From Octopus sinensis (taxonomy: Eukaryota): DNA of 64,000 nucleotides. Shown piece after piece: positions 49,384-63,120 of the stretch. How positions within the stretch are numbered: the stretch's first letter is position 1; each line of letters starts with the position of its first letter. The translations under genes and the position numbers were made by a program. Where the stretch lies: contig NC_043001.1 in the NCBI RefSeq assembly GCF_006345805.1, positions 126,418,001 to 126,482,000 on the forward strand. Reading direction: 5' to 3'. The notes beneath the pieces were generated by a model. The model was not told the origin of the DNA, did no database searches, and was given only the letters and a program-made list of their open reading frames with translations.

Positions 49384-51093
49384 GACATCGGTTCGAACGG
49401 TAGAAGATTAGAAAAATACGCATTGAGATGTTTAATGACACCTCAACATGACAACGAAGTTATATTGGCCTTTCCTCCTTCTTGGTCTCATCAAAGTATA
49501 TATTACTTAGTACTTGGGTCCATATGATCGACTATGTCTCCACTCCAAGAATGTATGCGGTCATTTGCTTGTAAGAAATCGTACGTATTCTACTTATCAC
49601 TGTATGTGTTCGGGTGTTACTTTTTAAACAAGCATAACTGTGAAATAAAATCGATAACGTATTCGAAATATTTAAAATAATGCAATACTTTCAGTCTTAT
49701 TCTTTCAACAACCACAACTAAAGAATATCGAAGATGTAATGGAAAACTTTACCGTAATGAATCAATTTTAAGAGTTGCGCTTTCAACAACCGTAACTATG
49801 GAATAATATTGATGACCTTATGGGAATATTTAATATATACTCTTTTAACGATTGTAGCTATCGATTATTATCTAAAAAGAAAAACATACGCACATACACA
49901 TGTTGCACAATCATTCACTCAATACATACAAACATACATGGATATGTCCATAGATGGACCCCATCTTTGGCAGAGGCGATGTAGCGTTGGCCCGATATAA
50001 TGTTATCAGGTCGAAGTGAAAACAGTCTTTTTCTCTCTATACTTTTTTCATTTCTCTACCAGAATTTTAAAAAAAACACGACACGTTAAGCTGATTGAGA
50101 AATCAATTCGCCGTAACCTTTATTACAAAACGTATGTTAACGTTGTTTCCGTTTCACTCAAGGCATTATCCACTGACACCACTTTTGACAATCAGCGAAA
50201 TCTTATTCAAACCAATATGCATCAAATTATTTTCTACATTACATCAATTACAGAATGCCTTGTAATCATATAATCAAATATTTATGCATTTTCTATAAGT
50301 ACATTTATGTAAGCTATTTTATGTTATCATTGTTGAAACTTGAAACATCTTATACAGTACATTTCCATACATATTACAGTTTACTATCGAACCTACATCC
50401 ATAAACTTTGTAGAAACACGTGCAGCTTTATAATTGCACTATTGTATGATTCAGTACGGAAGAGGATTATACTTCAGGTAGAACATTTCGTAATAGTAGA
50501 AAAAGTAATATATAATGAATCATTGTTGTTATTTTCATTTTATTTTCGACAAATATTTCGCAATGCAGCTATTTAATCATAGGGGCGTTGCGTACAGTTA
50601 ATGCGAGCTTACTGATAAAAAAATATTCCATTAACGCTCAAAACAAGAACATCTGTTCACATTTTAATTCCTCTGTCCGTAGGATATATATAGTCGGACG
50701 GACACACGGACACACATACACACACACACGTGTGCGTGTGTTCTTCAGTTTTAGTTATTGCACTGTAACTATTGCTTCAAGGCCACTGTCATCAGTTTAG
50801 TCCCACAAATCGCCCCGGTACTTATTCTTTTGTAAGTCTGGTACCTATTTTATTGATAACTTTTACCGCACTGCTAGCTTACGAGAGGCGTAATCTAAAA
50901 ATCTAAACCAATACCCGTAGATAACAGTCTGAATAACACAAAGACATGCACACACATACATATATACATGCATTCGTATTATACTTTTTGAGATCTAGTT
51001 ATACGTTTTATAAAAATATATAGTATTTGTTATTTATGTTTTGGTTTATGTCTATCACTGTTTGAGTTGCATAATAGTGGTTTTATCCCTAAT

Positions 51094-51162
<69 letters not shown>

Positions 51163-51166
<4 letters not shown>

Positions 51167-52540
51167 ATGGCCATGGCTTGCCACTTCACCCAACGGAGAT
51201 AGCCGCCACTATTATCCAAATCAGCTTCACCCCTGCCCGATATGTTGACCGTGCATCCGATTGCTCTCACCCACGCTGCTGCACCTGCACCTAACTCTCC
51301 AACACCAATATCCTCACCGGCACCCATCACTGCCCCTACTACATCATTCACCTGCATCTCAAGCTATGTAATCAACTGTATCCTTTGCTCTGTCATTACC
51401 TGTACATGGGACAAACTGGCCAGCATTAGATGATCGGTTTGCCGAACATCTACGGGTCATCAGACTCAGCAATGACACCCTGGACTCACACCACTCCCGC
51501 TCGACCAGTCATTCGCTAGGACATCTGTCTGTTTCGGACCGGCCTTGCTTAGGGGCCAACCCGGACTTCCACCTCCGTTCAGAGCAGGAAATATCTTCTC
51601 GCTTCATTACTCAGCTCCTTATAATCTCAGTTCATCACCACTCCCCATCCAAACCCGCCTCTGCGTACGTTTACATACAGCACACACCTCCCACCTTCCA
51701 CTACTCCTCCTTCTCTACCTCCATGTCTTCTCTACTCCTTTATATTCAGTATCCAATCCACACACACGATCATGCCTCTACAGCATATACGTACAACACA
51801 CACTCACATACGCATGCACATACGCGCACGCGTGCACACACACACGCATACGCACACGCACACAAATTCACACACACATTTCTTCCCACTGATTCCCACT
51901 CCACACATCAGCACCGAACAGCGCCCAACCCTACCTCCCGTCACCCCTATTCCACATCGCACTCAATCCAGATGGACCACATACATACCAACACATACGT
52001 CAGATAGCCTCACACACATACAAGCGCTCTTGCACACATATACATGTACGTGCGTCAACACACAGGCATACATAAATACACGAACACATCGCTCCACACA
52101 CTCATACAAACGCACACTCTCATACATACACGTACATATGCTTATACAATCTTCGCATTCACACACAAACTTATCTGTACACACATACACACACGCTTGC
52201 CAATACACACATTTACACACGCACACACTTTAGCCTGGTTATTGTTGCCTCCCTTGCTTCCTTGCCACCAACCATATCCTTCCTGTCAATTCAACAAGTG
52301 AAACCGTCAATCCAGTCAGGGCTTTTTTTTTTTGCTTTTTTAAATATCTCTTCTTGCTTTTTCTTCTCTCCATTGTTATGCTTTCCTCATTCCTTCCTGC
52401 AGAAGAGCGTAGGCTCGAAACGTCAAAGACCCTTTCACTTTTTCTGAGCGTCAAACCTGTTTGTTGTTACCTAACCTATCTCTGTTTCTCTGTCTAATGT
52501 TTTTCTTTTTTGCTTTTTATACAATTTTGAACCACATATA
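51163..52540 (+). mobile_element. 3' part of a Neptune-like PLE: decayed Cys-motif + GIY-YIG endonuclease, CA-rich 3'UTR, design-2 hammerhead tail
   Basis: HPRCCTC...SFTCISSYVINCILCS..LYMGQTG..LDDRFAEHLRVIR...EQEI.FSLH (51265-51640, frameshifted). CTGCAGA-A-GAGCGTAGGCTC-GAAACGTC at 52398-52424. TA-rich flanks. Confidence 0.8.
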
Positions 52541-52946
52541 TACATATAACTAGATAAGTTTATGAATTTGAATATATTTAATTTTTTGTTAGTGGAATGA
52601 ATCATGAAGTAAATATAGAAAAAAGAAATATGTTTTCGTCTTGGTATTTTATTTTTAAGCATAAAAGCTATAGACTTATCAAATTTCTACGCAGAAGATA
52701 ACCTTTGCTACTGCCAGGCCTCAAGGGAGGTTGAGCTCGACATAATCGAGCCAGCAAAGCAAACGAGGCCAATCAGAAAGCGACTCAGTGAAAGAGTTTC
52801 TGCATGATTATTTAGAACTGCTAGAAATAGCAACAAGATCTTCCAGAAACAACACCCTACCATTTAATAAAGACACATTGGACATTTTGTCTCTATTTTG
52901 TTTTTAATCACTTCTCTAGTGAAATAAAAGCAGCATACACGATCTA

Positions 52947-54212
52947 TCAGGTCATCTCATAAGTTCTGTCTGAATTTTGAATAAAGAAAACAAGTGATCA
53001 AATGTTATATTTAATTGAAATTTAATCATCAATGTACTTTTCCTAATTATTTATGACTTCCTTCTATTTATTTACAAGCTTTTTAATCCCATCAATGTAA
53101 AACTCTTTTGGTTTCAAGGCGAAGAACTCTGAAATATCAGTTTCGACCTCCTCCTGGCTTGCGAAAGTTATGTCCTCCAAATGATTCTGTAAACTACGAA
53201 ACAAATGGTAGACTGAAGGAACAAGGTCGAGAGAATAAGGTGGATGAGGAATTTTTTCCCAACAAAGCTCTTCGATCTTCTGTGATCTGATCTTCGCAGT
53301 GCGGGGTCGCGCATTGTCCTGATGAAAGACCACTCCTTTTCGATTCAATAAAGCGTTTTTTTTCTTCTTCAAAGTTTGGTTCAAACCCTCTAATTGCTGA
53401 CAGTAGACTTGAGCATTGATTGTTGCGTTAGGTGGTAACAATTCAAAGTGAATTGCTCCTTTGCAATCCCACCAGATGGAGAGAAGAAACTTTTTCCTAT
53501 GAAGTTCCTTTCTCGGTTGTGGTTGAGCTTTTTCCCTTTTACCAAGCCACTGTTTACGATGTTTAACATTTTGATAGAACATCCATATTTCGTCACCAGT
53601 CACAAGTCTATTAAAAAAGGGTGAAATGAGTTTGTGAGAATGGAAAGAATAGCAGATGTCAACTCGGGATTTGCTGTTGCTTTCAGACAATTCATGAGGC
53701 ACCAATTTTCCAAGTTTAGGAACCTTTCCAAGTTGTATGGTTTGAATTAAGCTTTATTGCCAATACTTCAACTGATAACGCAGGATTTACTTCATGTAAT
53801 GCCTCAAGGAGCTTATCATCAAACTCAAATGGACGTCAATTTCGTCTTCATCTTAAAGGCTGAAATCTCCACTTCTGAATTTTGGAAACCATCTTCTGCA
53901 AATTCTTTCATTCAAGCATTCTTTCCCATAAACTGAGTGTGTTTCGAGTCTCTTCGGTTGCAGAGTTTCTTGTTTTTGTACTCATAAAGTATTACGTGCC
54001 TCAAATTCTCTTTGGATACTCCCATGTTAGAAAGGGTTTTAATCAAATAAATTTTAATTCTATTATTCTGTAAAATAATATTTGATTAGTTTAAATGTAC
54101 ACAAATGCATAAAAATAATTTTTTATTATATTAGATATTCTGAAATATTGTTAAATTTCATTCAATTTTAAAAAAGGTAAAATCAGACAAAACTCATAGT
54201 TTTCATGACTAC
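52947..54212 (-). mobile_element. Near full-length mariner transposon (~1.27 kb), decayed
   Basis: ORF 53064-53705 has LVPHEL, VTGDE.W, HQDNARP and HPPYSLDL (DD34D type). The N-terminal HTH lies at 53710-54030. Degenerate TIRs begin TCAGGTCATCTCATAAGTTCTGTCTGA. Confidence 0.9.
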
Positions 54213-54340
54213 TGCAAGGAAAGCAGAAAATTAACCTCACATCGTTGACCTGGCCACATGCTTGCAGCAATATAGAAATCCATTAAAGGAATGAATCCCT
54301 GGCCTAGGCAGGGAACGGTGTGCCCTGGCCTAGGCACAAC

Positions 54341-54385
54341 GTTCTAATACGTTGTGCGGTGTTAAACCGCATAACGTATTAGAAC
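54341..54385. other. 45-nt hairpin with a 20-bp stem
   Basis: GTTCTAATACGTTGTGCGGT-GTTAA-ACCGCATAACGTATTAGAAC, with one G-T pair. Confidence 0.8.
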
Positions 54386-54663
54386 TACAATTCGACACCC
54401 TGTGCCTGTAAGAATAGTATCATTTACGAGAGTTTAGGCTGTATTTACGTTTGGAACATATTTAATCATAAACTTGACGATATGTTAGGTCAACCAACGA
54501 GTACAAGTACACACTGTGTCAAAAGGAAGGGTATCGTTTGCGATAGATTTGGTTTCGATTTGGCATTCTGTGGCCACGTTATAGGTGAGTTTAATCAGGT
54601 CTGGCTTGATCCGTATTAAGAACAACAAAAGGCAGCCACAACAACAACAACAGCAGCACCACC

Positions 54664-54695
<32 letters not shown>

Positions 54696-55528
54696 AAACA
54701 CCAGCACCACACCACCACCACCAACAACAGCAGATGTAACAACTGTAACAATTGTCGGCTTTACAGGGTTTTCGAAGATTAGAAGTGGTTGGGAAAAAGC
54801 CTTCGCAACATGTGGTACTTCTGTTGACTGAACAAATGAGAAATTACATGCTTATAACGATAACAACGTACGAACCGTCAACCTTTTCTTTGGTTGTCCG
54901 CTTCTTCCGTTCACTCGGCCGTAAGCAGTCTGTACTTCGTAGAAAAAATTAAAATAGTAGTAATAATAATAATATAGTTCAGAAGAGTTAAAAACGAAAA
55001 TAGCAACGACTTCACTATAGCTGACATTTTGATAAGGACAATGAAGAGGCTGTTTCAGCTTTCGAGTGTTCACACACACACACACACATGCACACACACG
55101 CACGCACACACGCACACACACACACATATATGTACACACATTTACATATGCATATGTGTATATATATGTATGTATGCATGTATGTATGCGTGTGTATGTG
55201 TTTGTTTGTTTGTGTGTGTGTGTGTCTGTGTGTGTGTGTGTCTGTGTGTGTGTGTTTGTGTGTGTTTGTGTGTGTGTATGTGTTTGTGTGTGTGTGTGTA
55301 TGCGTGTGACCTAAGTACCTCTTGTGTTCCGATATCTACAATTACGTTTGAATCTGTTGAGTTGCTTCCCTCACTATCTGCCTCTCTGTTTTGTTTCACT
55401 TTCTCTCCCTATATAAGTGTGTGTATACATATATATATATATATACTTTGATACTTTGATAGGATTCGGCCATTATTCGCCCAGGCCATGTCTAACTTAA
55501 TAGCACCATATATATATATATACATATA

Positions 55529-55589
<61 letters not shown>

Positions 55590-56359
55590 TGTGTGTGTGT
55601 ATCTATGTATTATATATAATATATTCATGTTTATAGATATATGTATGTAAACAGACATAACGTATTATGTATATACGTTTATCTAAACACATGTACACAC
55701 ACATACACTCGCAAATATTTATATATAAACACACACACACAGACATACATATATATACAAACATACACACATATATTGTATATATATTAATATATATATA
55801 TTATAATAAAAAATTACTTACATGTATATATATATATGCATGCATTCACACACAAACGCATCCTATTGAATGTGTAAATAGAAAGAGAAAGAAAGTGGGG
55901 AGGGGAGAGTAAAAGAAAGAAAGAAAGAAAGATAAGGAAAGGAGAGAGAAACAAAAGGTGAGTGCGTGTGACTGACTCGTTATGTAAGGTGTAGATGAGG
56001 AACATATATATTAACAGTTTTAAATTTAACTGAAGAGATGGTCTAAAAATATTATAGAATCATTGACGCCGTTTATATAAAAAAAGAGATTCTATTGTTC
56101 GTCATATGATATTTTTAACTTTTTCTACTGAATGAAGATCATAGTATATTTTTGCATGCCAATGTACTTGATGTTAGAATTAATAGTGTGTCGAACAAAA
56201 TTTCAATTTCCATCGCAGTCAAATTTGCATTTCATATCCTTTCGGGATCGATAACATAAAGTGCCATTCAAGTACTGGTATCGATGGTCCCGACGAAATT
56301 CCTCCCCTGACCCTCGCCATTGCTGGCCCTGTGCATACTTTAGAAATTATTTTAAGATA

Positions 56360-56570
56360 TTCTTTTACTTGTTTCGGCCATATGACTGCGGCCATGCGGC
56401 AGCACTGCCTTGAAGAGCTTTTGTAGAACAAATCGTCCTTAGAATTTATTTTTTATAGCCTGGTACTTATTTTTTGGTGTCTTTTGCCGAACTGTTAAGT
56501 TACGTGGATTTAAACACACCAACATCAGTTGCCAAAGGGTGATGAGAGGGATAAAGACAGACTCAACGAC
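56360..56570 (-). mobile_element. SINE family A tail half
   Basis: TTGTTTCGGCCAT..GACTGCGGCCATGC..AGCACTGCCTTGAAG...TTTTGCCGAAC..TAAGTTACG..AAACACACCAACATC is the reverse complement of the family A tail. Confidence 0.55.
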
Positions 56571-57067
56571 GCACAAACATAAGGAAGATACACACATAAA
56601 GGGATGGAAAATTAGATTAAAAGGGGAAGATAGAAGAGAAAGATGAAGAACAAGAGCGAAAGAGATCTGCAATTAGATGTAGAACCCTTAGCAACAATAG
56701 CAGGTCCCTGACGTTGTTCTTTCAACAGTACAGTCTGTGTAGTAACACTGTTTGCAGGTCCGAAGATGGTCGCAAAACCCACCTTAGTTCCAGGGCTACA
56801 GATCGGAGACCACAACGAGAAGTTACACCACATCACTTTGTGCCGATAGGGAGTAAATGGGGATAAGAGAGAGGTGTAACAAAAGGAAGATATGAGCAGA
56901 AGAAAAAGCCTTCAGCATGAACAATGATGCACAAATCGCACAAAGCAGGACACATATCACCATGGCCGGGCTAAGATCAAACCGGAGTTCTCTGAAATAT
57001 AAAAAAATTTCGACGTTTCGACGATGTACTATCTAAGAACGAGAATTTAATGGTGGAGTTTAAGAAA

Positions 57068-57144
<77 letters not shown>

Positions 57145-57146
<2 letters not shown>

Positions 57147-57453
57147 TGACGCATATTTGCCATTTGACTATGGCTAACCCCTAAGGGTGGATGCTACTGT
57201 AGTTTGTAGCCCCAGGAAGATATCTCCTCCAGCTGGCTATAGACACACAATCTGTGTCCTCTCAGTATTTGTGAAGGGGAGTCATCCTCCCCGTCTTCAA
57301 CTCATGATACACACGGACCCGAGTTTCAAGGTGTTTACCTTTCATCAGCGTGTGGCAATCATGGTTGTCGACGAGAAGTCAGCTCCCTTCACAAATACAT
57401 ATACTTTTTCCAGTGTCGATTGACAGTGATATTGAAAGAGGGAAATCAAACAA

Positions 57454-57456
<3 letters not shown>
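57145..57456 (-). mobile_element. 312-bp non-coding, highly structured element between two (TA)n tracts, carrying a canonical hammerhead (retrozyme/pLTR-like)
   Basis: GC-balanced island with no credible ORF. 57265-57315 and 57349-57398 are imperfect inverted repeats enclosing the ribozyme core. Confidence 0.65.
57310..57354 (-). ncRNA. Type I hammerhead ribozyme, canonical core (design 4)
   Basis: Minus strand CACACG-CTGATGA-AAGG-TAAACA-CCTT-GAAA-CTCGG-GTC-CGTGTG. Stem I is 6 bp, stem II is 4 bp, stem III is near-palindromic ACTCGGGT, and the site is GUC. Confidence 0.85.
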
Positions 57457-57493
<37 letters not shown>

Positions 57494-57677
57494 ACGTTAT
57501 ATAATTAGGGCTCAGTAAAATAATTTACTTTACCACATACTGAAACTTTTAGAAATAGCAGACAAAAAATTTTTTTTAGCCATTTCTTCTACAAGAAAAA
57601 TCTCCCAGATAGTGTTTACTCAAAAATAATTCACGTAGATATATATATGTATATATATATATACATATATATATATA

Positions 57678-58067
57678 CGAGCAAAACGTCCCCCGTCCAA
57701 TGGACGGTGCTGAGTAGTCAAGCATTTAAATAAAATTTTCTCAAAACAACTTGTCTGACCGTCCTATTTTGTGACATTATTTCAAGTTAGCCGGCTTTTT
57801 TGGCGCAAACTGCGCGTGCATTTTTCTCGCGTACGTGTAGTATCGATCGCAACAGCTGATGTACTTGCGCGTACAAATGCACGTTCCCACGGCTTTATTG
57901 ATCGTATTTTCACCTAGAATCGATTTTTGTAATTGTTCCAAGACTTTACACGCCCTGATACCGTCGGTATCTTCATATCAAAGTTGAGCGCAATCGGATG
58001 GAGGATGCCCGAGATCCTAGAAGACACACACACACACAGACAGACAGAACGGTTTTTATATAATAGA
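57678..58067 (-). mobile_element. Non-autonomous Helitron
   Basis: Minus strand has an A|TCTATTATATAAAA..CTGTCTGTCTGTGTG start and a CCGTCC-ATT-GGACGG hairpin. It ends CTCG|T (a variant of CTAG). Confidence 0.7.
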
Positions 58068-58878
58068 TATGAATAATTCTAGGATGTTGTGAAAGACTAC
58101 TTTATCCAATACGTCTTTTTCAAAGATGGTTGGCTGTAATTTAAGGCAGATTTGGCACTTGTTTCTTCAAAGTTGAACGACCGCGTGGTGGATGCTCCTT
58201 CGTTGTCTTATCTTGTTGTTGACCATGGTGCTGGAATATTCGTGGTTTTATTATTATTGATATTACTCTTGTTATTAATGTCAGTGTCGCCGTGGTCGTC
58301 GTTGATATTGAACGTCGTTAATGGCAATGTTGCTGTTGATGCAATTGTTGTTTATTTCACAATTTTCATTCCCGAAGCTTTTATTCTTGAGAAATGGGTA
58401 ATAAAAAAAAAAAAAAAAGAAAACCCGAAATGTGCTTTTTTGATATTGCTACCATCGTTGCTATTGTTGTTATTGTTGTTGTAGTGGCTTCTGCTAACAG
58501 TTATTCACTTTCATCGTCGTCAACCTACCTTCTTTGGTCGTCTCTTTCATCTTCATCTTTGCTGTTGTTGTTGATGCTATTGTTGTCGTTAATGCTATTG
58601 TCAGCGGTGTTGCTATTCTTCTCAGTGTTGCTGTAGTTGTTGATGTTGCTATTATCAACATTGTTGCTGCTGCTTCTTCTGCCGCCGCTGCTGCTATTGT
58701 TTGTGTTAGGTTCGCAGGTTTAATGGATTTATCTAATATCATTAGCGTGGAATTCCTTTATTGCAAACATGTGTTGGGCAGGAGACGTGCGCGCCTCTGT
58801 GTATGTGTCTATGTATATGTGTGTGTGTGTGTGGTGTGTGTGTGTGTGTGTGTGTGTGTATGTATTATTTTATATATG

Positions 58879-58921
<43 letters not shown>

Positions 58922-58993
58922 TATATATGTGTGGTGTGTGTGTGTATATAATATTTTATATATGTATGTATATATATATATATATATATATAT

Positions 58994-59041
<48 letters not shown>

Positions 59042-59930
59042 GTATATTTTATGCATGTAAGTTATCTCTGTGTGTATATATTTATGTAGTGAATGTGTTT
59101 GTATGCTTTTATGTGTGCGTATATACATGTAGATACGTTTGTAATTATATGCAGTGCATGTGTTTATTTATGCATATTTATGCATGTGGAAGGATAAAAA
59201 TGCATGAGTATTGATAGACTTGTGTATATATGTGTATACACGTGTTTTCAAAGGTTCTATTCGATAGTGGGAGGGCGCTTCATAACAAAGGCAATCCGAA
59301 GAAAAATGAAGGCATGAAGAATTTTAACAGAGAAGTGGCTACAGGAAATGTTGGAAGCTGTTCATTAACGATGTATGGCATGAAGGAGTTGGGTAGAATA
59401 TGGAAGCAGAGGGGAGGGTTTGGGATCAGAGATGCAGAAATAAGGAGGCAAAGTAGCGCTGTGATATAGAGATTAAGGCAAAAGGAAGAGAGAAAGAGGG
59501 GATAGAGAGAGTGAGAGACAGAGAGGGAATGAGAGAGAGAAAGAGACAGAGAAGGAATGAGAGAGAGAAAGAAGAGATGGCGTACATATGCCACAAGCAC
59601 GCTTGCACTTAACATAGAGCAAAGCGTAAATGTCAGAATATAGAAGAATGCATACGCTTGCAGTTGCATTCATATATAAATATTAGTTACATATACACTT
59701 GCACGTACACACACGCAGAACAGACGCATACACACGCACACATATACGCACACACATACATATATATACATATATATGTATATATATGTATATATATGTA
59801 TATATATATGTACATATATGTGTGTGTGCACATGTATACATATGTATGTGTGTATGTATACGTTTATATATGCGTGTATGTATATATATATATGTATATA
59901 TATATATATTATATATATGTATGTATATAT

Positions 59931-59961
<31 letters not shown>

Positions 59962-59975
59962 TATATATATGTATG

Positions 59976-60054
<79 letters not shown>

Positions 60055-60835
60055 CTATATATATATATATGTCAGCATACACACGTACAAAACCAAACGA
60101 AATAAGTGTGTGCAAATGTCGGGATGAGCATCCGATCTCCTATAAAGTAACATAAAAACAAATTTTAAACTGAAAAAAAAATGTCTGTGATATCTGGAAA
60201 TCTGGAATTCCATTGATGAAGAGAAATTATAAAAGAACTTAAGAAAGCCGCTCAGGCGTTAAAATATTATGTTTGGTTTTAACATTAAATTTTTGGTTTT
60301 TCTTTCTTGAACATTCGATATGGAATTTCAGGCCATTTCATCCACATTTTATAGATATGTGTATGTGTTTTATAGCCATGGATAATATCAGAAAAAAATA
60401 CATATATAAAGAATTGAAATATATAAACTCTTGCTCAAATATACGTACGCGCATGAGTACACACGTGCATACATATATATATATATGTGTGTGTGTGTGT
60501 ATGCCTGAGTCCGTATATGCTTGAGTCTGTGTATGTTTGATTCTGTGTATGTTTGAGTGCGTGTATGCTGAAGTGTGTGTGTATGTGTGTGTGTGTATGT
60601 GTGTGTGTGTGTATGTATGTGTCTAATTATTTTGATCTTAAGTTTGAAGGGGAGTAATGCTGCAACAAAACTCCTCCTTCAAAATACATAACTGCATTTC
60701 ACATCATGCATCGAATAAGGTTTCCGTTACGTTTATAAATTCAATCGCGTTTATATGTATGTGTGTATATACATGTTTGTATGTATGTATGTATGTACAA
60801 AATATAGCATGGGTCTATATAATAATCCGTATATA

Positions 60836-60881
<46 letters not shown>

Positions 60882-61048
60882 TATATTTTTCTGTAAATAA
60901 ATCTCTCTCTCTCTCTTCTCTCTCTGTCCATATATATAGGGAGAGATAGATAGATAGATAGATAGATAGATACACATACACACATACATGCGCACATACA
61001 TACATACATACATATATACATACATACATACATACATACATACATACA

Positions 61049-61084
<36 letters not shown>

Positions 61085-61760
61085 TATGTATATATATATA
61101 TATATGTGTGTATATATATGTAATATGTATGTATGTATACATGCATACATGTAAGTATAAGGTATACATGACTTGTGCTGATACTTTAAACCCAAGAGAT
61201 TTCCAGCAGAGGCTCAGCCTGAAAACAATCATAAATTAACAGCTATTGATTTTAAAACATTTGTTTAAGTGTTCGAAACGTTTGATATATCGCAATACTC
61301 TACTTCCTTATGTGTATAATATAAGAGTATGGGAGTTTGTGGTAGCATAATATATGTAGCCCTAATAACTATAGTAACGTAATGTGCATTGGCAAGACAC
61401 CCAAAAATTACACACACCACATACACGCACACACACACATTATTAATTAATATACGCACTTGAAGCTGTCTTAGATTAAAGTGCCGGTGTACACACATTA
61501 AGCGGAAGCGTTGAATGGCCAGTAACTGTAATACTTTTCCTGATCGAAACTCTTCAAAGACTCCTGCTTGTTAGATATAATGTACGATTATGGAAGTATA
61601 TTAGTAACTGCAAGCATGCTACACCCTTGCATGTGCATATGCGCGCGACGCAGAATGCACGCACAAACACACGTTCTCCCTCACATATATGTATATATGT
61701 TTGTATATATATATTATATATATATATATATTATATAATTATATATATATATATATAATA

Positions 61761-62175
61761 GAAAAGAGTGAAAAAACTACAGAAGGCTAGAGAAGGTTAA
61801 AGAATATATTTAAGTCGTTATGTTAGAAGAATGTTATAAAATTTTATATATAGTAACATGTTTTTGGAGAAATTACCGGTTTCGTGTAAGCTTTTCAAAT
61901 TTCTCAAATGTCTTTACCTACATCGTGTCATGTCTTCGATATGAAGTGCAAAGAAGAGTTCCAGGCAGGGAACTCTTCTTTACACTTCATATCGAAGACA
62001 TGACACGATGTAGGTAAAGACATTTGAGAAATTTGAAAAGCTTACACGAAACCGGTAATTTCTCCAAAAACTATGTTACTATATATAAAATTTTATAACA
62101 TTCTTCTAACATAACGACTTAAACATATTCTTTAACCTTATAAAACAAGCCTTCTATAGTTTTGTCACTCTTTTC
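61761..62175. repeat. Long near-perfect palindrome (~200-bp arms, 6-nt spacer AGGCAG)
   Basis: 61793-61962 is the reverse complement of 61969-62139 with very few differences. Looser match extends out to 61761/62175. Confidence 0.9.
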
Positions 62176-62252
62176 CTTTTTTTATACATCCAACCACGTG
62201 CTTTCACACACCAACTTTCTCACCTATATATATATATATATATACATATACA

Positions 62253-62303
<51 letters not shown>

Positions 62304-62489
62304 CCTGTACATATATATACACATATACACACAGGGTGACAGTTGGAGATGCTGAATATAGAAGTTCGTAGTAGTGCTCTTGGACGGAAATATGTTGGAA
62401 ATCTACTCGCGGAACTCAAAGCGTGAAGCTACAGACTCTCTTGACACCATTGTAGCAAAACAAATCTTTAGTTTTTATTTGCCCATATT

Positions 62490-63120
62490 TGATGCACGGA
62501 AGTACGTGAATATCAATTTCCATGATGTCCTCTTCATGGATGAGGCCTGAGCTACTCTGGATTGTCCCGACGGGCGGTTCAAAGTTTGGATACCCTTTGG
62601 AGCCTCTCGCCCGCATTGTATTCGGCGTCAACAAAGAGGTGGTGGTGTCATGTTTTGCGCGGGAATCATATGAACTTGTCGAGCCATTCCGAATGCCAGG
62701 AGGTGTCAAACTCAACAGCAACACCTACACCGCATTTCTGGGAGAGCACTTTTCAGCGTCGTTAGACGATCTGCCTCTCTCATGTCGACGGCGATTGATT
62801 TCTATGTATGACAATGCTCCTTCGCATTCAGCCAAGGTTACAATTTCGATCCTCGCAACTCTGGGAATTACAGGCCAATCACTCATGGTTTAACCTCCCT
62901 GTTCTTCTGACCTAAACCCTGTCGAACAGCTCTGGTCGATCTCGAAGGGGAACGTGCATGAACGAGGTATCAAGTTTTCATCGAAGGATGCCCTGTGGGA
63001 AAAGATCAAAACAGTTGCTGGTACCATGACCACCATCTTAGATTAGTCGGCTAACAGCTTCTGTTGACAAAACACTGTTTGATGTCATTTCTAAATAAGG
63101 AAGTTACATAGACAAATAAA
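62490..63120 (+). pseudogene. Tc1-like (DD34E) transposase catalytic domain, decayed
   Basis: VLFMDEA...RQQRGGGVMF.AGI...MYDNAPSHSAK...PPCSSDLNPVEQLWS...LWEKIK, with stops and frameshifts. Confidence 0.85.

Noticed and set aside
53064-53705. Domesticated SETMAR-like host gene
   Set aside because: No SET domain or exon structure. The N-terminus is broken by stops and frameshifts, and TIR remnants are present, so it is an ordinary mariner relic.
54585-54782. Poly-Gln/His ORF resembling a transcription-factor low-complexity region
   Set aside because: Mixed CAA/CAG/CAC microsatellite with no flanking domain.
58152-59214. Hydrophobic membrane-protein-like ORFs
   Set aside because: Degenerate GTT/GCT/GAT low-complexity DNA running into dinucleotide repeats.
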